Assembly: GCA_001004665.1 (NCBI GenBank)
Contig: LCRO01000007.1
Span: forward strand, 1 to 33,870
Source: Candidatus Adlerbacteria bacterium GW2011_GWA1_54_10
Lineage (GTDB): Bacteria; Patescibacteriota; Minisyncoccia; Phycocordibacterales; SBAW01
Direction of reading: 5' to 3'
DNA: 33,870 bases
Part shown: positions 15,259 through 22,081 of the stretch, one piece after another
How positions within the stretch are numbered: the first letter of the stretch is position 1
Layout: every line of letters starts with the position of its first letter
Program-made: the position numbers and the translations under genes
The notes under the pieces: model-generated
What the model was told of the DNA's origin: nothing
What the model saw: only the letters and a program-made list of their open reading frames with translations
The model's database searches: none

Positions 15259-16527
15259 ATGGCTAGCAAGAAAAAAGCCAAGAACGAGACGAAGCGGCGC
15301 TGCAAAGGCGCCGTGAAAGCTAATAAATTCCGCGCGAAGGCGGCCAAGCGGAGGGCCAAACTTGCGCCTAAAACCTCAAGGCGACACCTTAAAACAAAGG
15401 CTCCCCAAAGTGTCGCCTTTAAATCCAAGTCACCGGCCGTATCTGCAAAAATAGTCAAGAAGATCGAAGAACAAAACAAAAAAGCCGAAGCTCTTATGGT
15501 ACGCGGGCGCGCACGCGGCTTTGTCACATATGACGAAATTCTAAAGAGCTTCCCGAACATAGAGGAGGACGTTTTGTTTCTTGAAGATCTGTACGAAAAA
15601 TTTTCCACCGCACACATAGATGTGCTCGAGGGTGGCGGTATGCTCGAGGTTATGGAGGAACCCGTGGAGAAGGGCTATACGCGCAGTGACAGCCAGTACG
15701 ACTCTATACAAATGTACCTTCGCGAGATAGGGAAGTATCCTCTGCTCTCGGCGCAGGAAGAGCGCGACCTGGCCAGGCGCATATCGCTGGGCGACAGGGA
15801 GGCGCGCAATCTGCTTGCACGCGCGAACCTGCGACTCGTCGTGTCGATCGCCAAAAAATACGTAGGGCGTTCGCCGGACCTTACCTTACTCGACCTAATA
15901 CAAGAAGGGAATCTGGGTCTCTTTAAAGCCGTGGACAAATTCGACTTCACCAAAGGATTTAAATTTTCGACCTATGCCACTTGGTGGATACGGCAGGCCA
16001 TAACGCGCGCGCTCGCGGACCAGAGCCGCACCATACGCATTCCTGTGCATATGGTCGAAACTATCGCCAAATACAAGCAGGTCTCGCGCCGGCTGGCGCA
16101 GGACCTCGGGCGTGACCCCTTGCCCGAGGAAATAGCGCTTGAAATGGGGCTCGACGTGGAGAAGGTTTACCAGATAGAAAAAATAGACCAGGACACGGTG
16201 TCACTCGAATCGCCGGTCGGCTCGGACGACGACGACGGCAAGTCGGTGCTCGGCGATTTTATAAAAGACGACAAGATACTCTCGCCCGACCAGGAGGTGG
16301 CTCGGCGCATATTAGCGGACCAGCTGCGCGAGATTTTGGATGAATTGTCCCCGAAGGAAAGGGAGATTTTGAAACTGCGGCACGGACTGGAAGACGGCAT
16401 TTATCACACGCTCGAGGAGGTGGGAAAAAAATTCGGCGTTACGCGCGAGCGCATTCGTCAAATAGAGGCCAAGGCGCTCGAGCGCATCCGCACGCACGAA
16501 AAAGCTAAGCGCTTGAGAAGCTATTAG
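15259..16527 (+). CDS. rpoD: Primary sigma70 factor with basic N-terminal extension
   Basis: Region 1.1 remnant ([12 protein letters not shown]), [37 protein letters not shown] and [13 protein letters not shown]. Confidence 0.95.
   Translation: MASKKKAKNETKRRCKGAVKANKFRAKAAKRRAKLAPKTSRRHLKTKAPQSVAFKSKSPAVSAKIVKKIEEQNKKAEALMVRGRARGFVTYDEILKSFPNIEEDVLFLEDLYEKFSTAHIDVLEGGGMLEVMEEPVEKGYTRSDSQYDSIQMYLREIGKYPLLSAQEERDLARRISLGDREARNLLARANLRLVVSIAKKYVGRSPDLTLLDLIQEGNLGLFKAVDKFDFTKGFKFSTYATWWIRQAITRALADQSRTIRIPVHMVETIAKYKQVSRRLAQDLGRDPLPEEIALEMGLDVEKVYQIEKIDQDTVSLESPVGSDDDDGKSVLGDFIKDDKILSPDQEVARRILADQLREILDELSPKEREILKLRHGLEDGIYHTLEEVGKKFGVTRERIRQIEAKALERIRTHEKAKRLRSY
15376..15420 (+). repeat. REP-like inverted doublet in frame in the rpoD N-terminus
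   Basis: AAGGCGACAC...GTGTCGCCTT inverted arms. Core AGGCGACACCT differs by 1 nt from the RAYT-flanking AGGTGACACCT. Confidence 0.8.
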
Positions 16528-16531
16528 AACG

Positions 16532-16563
16532 ATAAACCCCGCCTATTGGCGGGGTTTATTTTT
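16532..16563 (+). terminator. Intrinsic terminator after rpoD
   Basis: ATAAACCCCGCC-TATT-GGCGGGGTTTAT followed by a T run. Confidence 0.85.
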
Positions 16564-16647
16564 GCACCGGATAATGAGAGCGATGTATATGGATATCGCA
16601 AGCAGGCCGGCCAGGTACAAGAATGGATGGTCAAGCCAGTACTCCAC
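16543..16647 (-). CDS. Small single-TM protein, 34 aa (not in ORF track)
   Basis: GTG...TAG encodes MEYWLDHPFLYLAGLLAISIYIALIIRCKNKPRQ. AGGAGGAGG lies 5 nt upstream, and TACAAT is at 16682-16677. Confidence 0.65.
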   Translation of the reverse strand: MEYWLDHPFLYLAGLLAISIYIALIIRCKNKPRQ

Positions 16648-16713
16648 TGCGGCCTCCTCCTACCGACTCTGCCGGCATTGTATACCCGCGTTCGCGTAGG
16701 GCATACTGGGTGG

Positions 16714-17559
16714 GTGGGGACAACCAATTTACCGATCAAACACTGGAGCCACTCATCTTTGATGGCGTTTCTGCGCAATCCGCTGGCGTGGTATAAGCGC
16801 TATGTTGAGCTGGTTTACGATATACCGAGCAGTCCGTCGTCCATAGTTGGTCGCGCGGGGCATGTTGCGCTTCAGCACTATTATTCTGGAATAAAAAAAG
16901 AAGACACAATCGCACTTGGACTCGAATATATGCGCGGCGTGCCGGATTTCGAGATAAATTTCGGTGTCGCAAAGACCCGCGCGGCAAAGCGTAAAAAGCG
17001 CGAGCAGATGGAGCGCGAGTACATTCAGGCGATAAATTTTTATCTGGAGCGTCCGCCCCGCTACAACGTGCTCGGAGTCGAGGTCAAGGCCCTCGCAGAA
17101 GTTGCAGGATTGCCTCTGCCTCTTAAGGCGGTTTCGGACCTGGTGGTGCGCTCGCGGGTAGACAAGCGAGCGGTCGACATCGTGGACCACAAGTTCGTGG
17201 ACCACTTCAGCGGGCGCGGGGTGGCCAAATCACTCTTTGTCATACAAGCAATCTTTAATTATTACACCGTGCGGGAGTTCTTTAAAAAGCCGGTGAGACG
17301 CTTTATCGTGCAGGAGTGCAAGAAGAGCCGCAACAAGTACGGCGGGCGGCAGCTACGGCGCTATATAATTGACTTCCGCGATTGCAAAGATGAGTTCGCG
17401 CTCTTCCACAGGCTTATAAAAGATGCGACGCAAGAGATAGGTCGCGAGCGACTTTACCTGCCCAATCCGTCGGACATGTTCGAAGGGGAGAACAGTTTTG
17501 ATATTTACCGTCTAGGGCTGGTGGGGCAGAAAATCGAGGAAGACCTCGTTGACAGCTAA
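16714..17559 (+). CDS. PD-(D/E)XK nuclease-like protein (RecB/Cas4-like fold)
   Basis: HWSHSSL...NP, GRAGHVALQHY, VLGVE, AVSDLVV...IVDHK and Q..Y motifs. Start reassigned to GTG 16714 (TTGTAT-18-CATACT-6-GTG). Confidence 0.7.
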   Translation: MGTTNLPIKHWSHSSLMAFLRNPLAWYKRYVELVYDIPSSPSSIVGRAGHVALQHYYSGIKKEDTIALGLEYMRGVPDFEINFGVAKTRAAKRKKREQMEREYIQAINFYLERPPRYNVLGVEVKALAEVAGLPLPLKAVSDLVVRSRVDKRAVDIVDHKFVDHFSGRGVAKSLFVIQAIFNYYTVREFFKKPVRRFIVQECKKSRNKYGGRQLRRYIIDFRDCKDEFALFHRLIKDATQEIGRERLYLPNPSDMFEGENSFDIYRLGLVGQKIEEDLVDS

Positions 17560-18221
17560 GTGTCCCGCCACCGTACCAAATTTAATTTGGTACGGTGGCG
17601 GGCGGGGAGCACCACGCTCTCGCCGCCCATCGTAAGGAAGGTATACGGAGTACCTTGGCCGCCCGCGGCGACGGCCTCCTGATACTCGGTCGCGACTTTT
17701 TGCGCGAATTTGCCGCTCTGCAGACATTCGTTGAAAGCGCCAACATCAAGGCCTATCTCTTGCGCTATGACTGGCAGCTGATTCAAATCAAGGCCGTTGT
17801 TAGAAGGGGTCACTTCGTAGACTTTGTCTATATAGCGCCAGAAGGCCGCGTCGCCGCCCTGGTCTGCCGCGCACTCGGAAGCTTGCGCCTCCTGCGGCGC
17901 CTTGGAGTGTATCTGCGTAAGAGGGAAGTGGCGGAAAATCCATGCGACATTGCCCTTATCCCCGTAGTAGTCCATTATCTGGTGCATTGTTACGTGGAAA
18001 TCCTTACAGAAGCTACACTCAAGGTCGGCGTACTCGACTACCTTAACCGCGGCATTCGGATTGCCCAAAATATGGTCCTGCCCGGGCGTATATGCGCGCA
18101 CACTCTGCGGGTTGCCTCCGGTGTTCCCACCGGTGCCGCTCTTGCCGGCCCAAAAAACTGCGCCTGCGATAAGTGCTCCCGCGACCACGATAACTACAGG
18201 CAAAACATAATTTTGGTTCAT
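17556..18221 (-). CDS. DsbA/thioredoxin-like oxidoreductase, C-terminus replaced by palindrome
   Basis: N-terminal TM, DHILGNPNA, EYADLECSFC (CxxC), FRHFPL and GTP cis-Pro loop. The last 13-15 codons come from a palindrome. Confidence 0.85.
   Translation of the reverse strand: MNQNYVLPVVIVVAGALIAGAVFWAGKSGTGGNTGGNPQSVRAYTPGQDHILGNPNAAVKVVEYADLECSFCKDFHVTMHQIMDYYGDKGNVAWIFRHFPLTQIHSKAPQEAQASECAADQGGDAAFWRYIDKVYEVTPSNNGLDLNQLPVIAQEIGLDVGAFNECLQSGKFAQKVATEYQEAVAAGGQGTPYTFLTMGGESVVLPARHRTKLNLVRWRDT
17564..17602. repeat. Perfect 19-bp-arm palindrome
   Basis: CCCGCCACCGTACCAAATT-T-AATTTGGTACGGTGGCGGG. Confidence 0.95.
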
Positions 18222-18284
18222 ATGTCCTTATTCTACAAAGCTTTTTATCAACGCAACAGCCTTGACTAATACATTGATTTGTTT

Positions 18285-18863
18285 CTAAAACGGCAGGGTG
18301 TGGGTGAGTGAGGCCTGGTCCGAGGAAGTGGTTTCCCACATGGAGGTATCGAGCTTGATGTCGCGAAGGCCCTCGAAGTCTTTGTATTTGAGCAGGCTGT
18401 TCTTTATCGCGTACTCGTACAGCTCTTTGGTGATGCGCACATCGTCAAGACAGTATGCTTTTACTTTCTCAAACTCTCCGGCCGCCCACCATTTGCCGGC
18501 ATCAAGCCCGTTGCCGCTTTTTTTCTTCCCGAGCGTCGCTTCCGCGACGCTGTCGAGCCGTAATCTTCTGCCCAAAACTTGCTTGATCTCTTTCAGCAGG
18601 TCTATATGCTTTATCTTCGAAAGGTCGCCCGCGTAATATTTGTTAAGTATTGGAATGTCGAAGTGCTCCGAATTATAGCCCACCAGCATGTCCGCGCTCT
18701 CGAGCATCGGCCACAGCGCACCCAGCTCGTCTTTGGTAAAGCAGGAATATTTGTCGCCGTGCGTATCATGTATACCGACCACGGTTATTTCCAACTCGGA
18801 AAAATCGGGCAATCCGCCGGTAAAGACGCCTTCCGTCTCTATGTCGAGTGTGATGCGCCGCAT
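18285..18863 (-). CDS. RNase H-fold DEDD 3'-5' exonuclease-like protein
   Basis: TLDIET (Exo I), VGYNSEHFDIP (Exo II) and YCLDDV (Exo III). Confidence 0.8.
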   Translation of the reverse strand: MRRITLDIETEGVFTGGLPDFSELEITVVGIHDTHGDKYSCFTKDELGALWPMLESADMLVGYNSEHFDIPILNKYYAGDLSKIKHIDLLKEIKQVLGRRLRLDSVAEATLGKKKSGNGLDAGKWWAAGEFEKVKAYCLDDVRITKELYEYAIKNSLLKYKDFEGLRDIKLDTSMWETTSSDQASLTHTLPF

Positions 18864-18864
18864 A

Positions 18865-20130
18865 TTACAGATTTAAAAAGAATGCGCCAAGTTCGTCGCG
18901 AGAAAGGGATTCTTCAGCACCGGTTTCCATGTCGCGCACGGAAAAACGCCCCGTCGCAATTTCATCCTGCCCAAAGACGAGGAGCCACGGTATCTTATGC
19001 TTGCCCGCAGCCTTTATCTGGTCGCCGAGCTTTTTCTCGCCAAAGTCTATGGCCGCATTAACTCCTTGCCGCCGGAGCTCTCCTGCAAGACTTTGCGCGT
19101 CTGGCGCGAGCTCGGCGCTTGTAACCGCGATATACAAGTGTGTCGGCGGCCGATACTCTGGCAGCATATTGCGCACGGCGAGGAAATCGCGCACGGTGAC
19201 GTCGCCCATTCCAAACCCCACACCCGGCAAAGGCTCGTCGTCAAAGAGCTCGGTCAGGTTATCGTACCGGCCGCCGCCGAATAGGGAGCGATTATTGTCC
19301 GGATGCGCGTCGAATACCTCAAAAACGATCCCGGTGTAGTAGTTAAAGCCGCGCACGACCTCGGGTGCGTAAATTATGTTGTTTATTCCGGCATTGCGGA
19401 AATCTTCTACTATCTTTGCGACGTCCCGAGGCTCCTCTTTGGGCGAGAGCTCGGCCTGCGCAATACCGAGCCCCATCAGTCCTTCTTTGAATTCCGCTTC
19501 GGGCGCTTTTGCGCGTCGGTCGAGGATGTAAAAAAGTTTTTTTGACTGCTCGGGAGAGAGTGAGTGTTTTTGCACCAGATCGTTAAAGTGGGCGCGGTCC
19601 CCGATCTTAATTACGAAATCCCGTTCCGTCGCGCCGAATGCCCCCATAAGCCCGTACGCCACGCCTATTATCTCGGCGTCAGCCGCAAGGGCGCGACTGC
19701 CGAAGCAATCTACGTTCAATTGCCAGTGCTCGCGCAGGCGACCGCGCTGAGGCCTCTCGTACCTAAAGACGTTCGGCATGGAATAGAGACGCAAAGGGAA
19801 ACCGAGATCGCGCCGCCGCGCGGCCACCATGCGCGCGACCGACGGAGTCATCTCCGGGCGCAAAGTCACCTCGCGCCCGCCGCGGTCGATAAAGGTATAA
19901 GTTTGGTCTTTTATTATTTCCTCATTCTCCGCGCCCTTGGCCTTGTATAGCTCGGAGGGCTCGAGGACGGATGCGTGATATTCTACATACCCGACGCGCT
20001 CGACGAAGCGCCGGCAGGTCTCGAAAAAATAATTCAGGAATGACTGATCCTCCGGATAAAAGTCGCGCACGCCCTTGTAAGGCTCCGTGGACAATCTTTT
20101 TTCTTTATTGGGCGCGGCGTTTTTACTCAT
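18865..20130 (-). CDS. hisS: Histidine--tRNA ligase
   Basis: KGVRDFYP, LRPEMTPSVAR, FRYERPQRGRLREHWQ, VRGFNYYTG and GGGRYDNL. Confidence 0.95.
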   Translation of the reverse strand: MSKNAAPNKEKRLSTEPYKGVRDFYPEDQSFLNYFFETCRRFVERVGYVEYHASVLEPSELYKAKGAENEEIIKDQTYTFIDRGGREVTLRPEMTPSVARMVAARRRDLGFPLRLYSMPNVFRYERPQRGRLREHWQLNVDCFGSRALAADAEIIGVAYGLMGAFGATERDFVIKIGDRAHFNDLVQKHSLSPEQSKKLFYILDRRAKAPEAEFKEGLMGLGIAQAELSPKEEPRDVAKIVEDFRNAGINNIIYAPEVVRGFNYYTGIVFEVFDAHPDNNRSLFGGGRYDNLTELFDDEPLPGVGFGMGDVTVRDFLAVRNMLPEYRPPTHLYIAVTSAELAPDAQSLAGELRRQGVNAAIDFGEKKLGDQIKAAGKHKIPWLLVFGQDEIATGRFSVRDMETGAEESLSRDELGAFFLNL

Positions 20131-20140
20131 GGCGCATTTT

Positions 20141-20155
20141 CTGCTATTCTAGCAG
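20141..20155. promoter_or_regulatory. Symmetric bidirectional extended -10 promoter (hisS/truB)
   Basis: CTGCTA-TTC-TAGCAG reads TGcTATTCT on + and TGcTAGAAT on -, in a 27-bp divergent gap. Confidence 0.55.
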
Positions 20156-20157
20156 AT

Positions 20158-20964
20158 ATGCAGGGCTTGTTGAATACGGATATGGCGGCAAAACGATCTT
20201 CTACAGGGCAAGTCCTAAATCTCTACAAAAATCTTGGCGAGACGCCGCGCGAGCGGCTGGAGCGTCTGCGCGGGCGCGAGCGCCATCTGGAGCACGAAGT
20301 CCTGTCTTACGCGGGGCGGCTCGACCCGATGGCCGAGGGGGTGCTCCTTTGTCTTGTGGGCTCCGCCAACAAGCGCCGCGAAGCGTACCTGGAGCTTTCC
20401 AAAGAATACATGCTCGACGTGCTCTTCGGTTTTTCCACGGACACTTACGACATTCTTGGCCGCGTGATGGAGACCGGCGATGGCGGCGGCATTGCGCGTG
20501 AGCGCGTCGTCAAAGTCCTAAATCAGTTCCGCGGCGAACTGTCGCAGCAATATCCGCCATTCTCGTCCAAAGTCGTCGAGGGTAAATCGCTTTTTGAGTG
20601 GGCGCGCAGCAATTCCCTAAGCTCGCTTGTCCTGCCGAGCCGCAGCGTGACAGTTTATGAGATCGCGCTCGAAGGGCTCTACAAAGTAGAAGAGCCGGAT
20701 TTGCTGGCGTATATACAGGAGAATATCGGTAAGGTAAACGGTGATTTTCGGCAGGAAGAAGTGTTGCGTCTTTGGGAGCGGCATCTTAAGGCATCGGGTA
20801 AGAGGAATTTCCCGTGTGCCACCGTCAAAATATCCTGCTCGTCCGGCACTTACGCGCGTTCCATATCTCACGGCCTTGGCGCGGAGCTCGGCATCCCGGC
20901 GCTTACACTCCATCTGCTTCGAACCAAAGTGGGGGATTTCAGCGTCGATAAGTCGCTAAGATAA
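20158..20964 (+). CDS. truB: tRNA pseudouridine(55) synthase-like
   Basis: YAGRLDPMAEGVL catalytic Asp motif, STDTYDILG, YPPFSS, CSSGTYARS and LLRTKVG. An alternative start at ATG 20182 is possible. Confidence 0.85.
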   Translation: MQGLLNTDMAAKRSSTGQVLNLYKNLGETPRERLERLRGRERHLEHEVLSYAGRLDPMAEGVLLCLVGSANKRREAYLELSKEYMLDVLFGFSTDTYDILGRVMETGDGGGIARERVVKVLNQFRGELSQQYPPFSSKVVEGKSLFEWARSNSLSSLVLPSRSVTVYEIALEGLYKVEEPDLLAYIQENIGKVNGDFRQEEVLRLWERHLKASGKRNFPCATVKISCSSGTYARSISHGLGAELGIPALTLHLLRTKVGDFSVDKSLR

Positions 20965-20967
20965 TCG

Positions 20968-21081
20968 GGCTCCGAAAAAATCAAGTTTGCGCCGAACGCG
21001 GAAAATTTTCAGCAGAAAATTTTCCTACTTCCGGTGCCGTCGCGCCCAGAGACTTCTCTCAAACTTGATTTTCGCTTCGCT
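20968..21081 (-). repeat. ~115-bp structured repeat, copy 2
   Basis: Reverse complement aligns with 5064-5179 (about 80% by eye), with compensatory stem changes. Confidence 0.9.
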
Positions 21082-21087
21082 ATCAGC

Positions 21088-22080
21088 TTACCAATCCAGC
21101 TCACCGGTTTTGTATTCCGTAACTCTTGTCTCGAAAAAGTTTTTTTCCTTGGGCATGTCTATTATTTCCGACATCCAAGGGAAAGGATTGTCTTTGTAGT
21201 ACTGCCGAGGAAGGCCGATGCGCTCGAGGCGCCTGTCGGCGACATGCTCGACATACTGCTTTACGGTAGCCGGCACCAGCCCGACTATCCCGCGTGGCAG
21301 AGCGTCATCCACGTAACTTTTTTCCAACTCGACGCCTCGCATGATGTTTTGCGTAAGCTGCTCGCGGAACTGCGGAGTCCATATGGCTGGATTCTCCGCG
21401 ACAATGGTGTTTATAAGGTCGGCACCGAAGGCAAGATGCACCGATTCATCCCGCAAAATAAACTGGAACTGCTCGCCGATGCCGACCATTCGGCCCTTGC
21501 GTAGCATCGAGAGCGCCATTGCGAACCCCGCGTAAAAGAAAATGCCCTCCATTATCACATAGTAGCCAACGAGGTCGTGGACGAACTTCTGTATGTTTTC
21601 CGCGCCCTCTGTACTAAAGCCCGGATCGAACACGCTTCTGGTCATCTCCACGACAAAATCGTCCTTATCCTTTATAGAGGGAGTAGTGTTGTACATGCTG
21701 TATATATCGTCGGGATTCAGGCCGAGCGTGTCGCAACAGTAAATAAAGGTATCGGTATGAACCGCCTCTTCGTACGCCTGACGCAGAAGATATTGCCGGC
21801 ATTCGGGGTTGGTGATGTGCCTGTAAATCGCAAGCACGAGATTGTTTGCAGTAAGCGATTCAGCAGTGGAGAAGAAACCGAGATTCCACATTATCATCCG
21901 GCGCTCGTCCTCGCTTAGGCCGCCCGGCTTCTTCCACAGCTCGACGTCCTGCTGCATTGAGACTTCCTCGGGCACCCAGTTGTTGGCCACGCCTTTTTTG
22001 TAGTGAGTACGCGCCCATGTGTAGCGCATGGGCAAAATTTTGTTCGGGTCCGTCGTCGAAGCTCCGTTTATGACTCCCAT
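21088..22080 (-). CDS. nrdB: Ribonucleotide reductase beta subunit, class Ic (R2c)-type
   Basis: NNWVPEEV, FFSTAES, EEAVHTDTF, MEGIFFY, RDESVH and EKNFFETRV. Start set at ATG 22080, just after the nrdA stop. Confidence 0.95.
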   Translation of the reverse strand: MGVINGASTTDPNKILPMRYTWARTHYKKGVANNWVPEEVSMQQDVELWKKPGGLSEDERRMIMWNLGFFSTAESLTANNLVLAIYRHITNPECRQYLLRQAYEEAVHTDTFIYCCDTLGLNPDDIYSMYNTTPSIKDKDDFVVEMTRSVFDPGFSTEGAENIQKFVHDLVGYYVIMEGIFFYAGFAMALSMLRKGRMVGIGEQFQFILRDESVHLAFGADLINTIVAENPAIWTPQFREQLTQNIMRGVELEKSYVDDALPRGIVGLVPATVKQYVEHVADRRLERIGLPRQYYKDNPFPWMSEIIDMPKEKNFFETRVTEYKTGELDW

Positions 22081-22081
22081 A

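Noticed and set aside
16546-16713. N-terminal extension of the nuclease ORF
   Set aside because: It begins inside the terminator and overlaps a better-supported minus-strand small gene.
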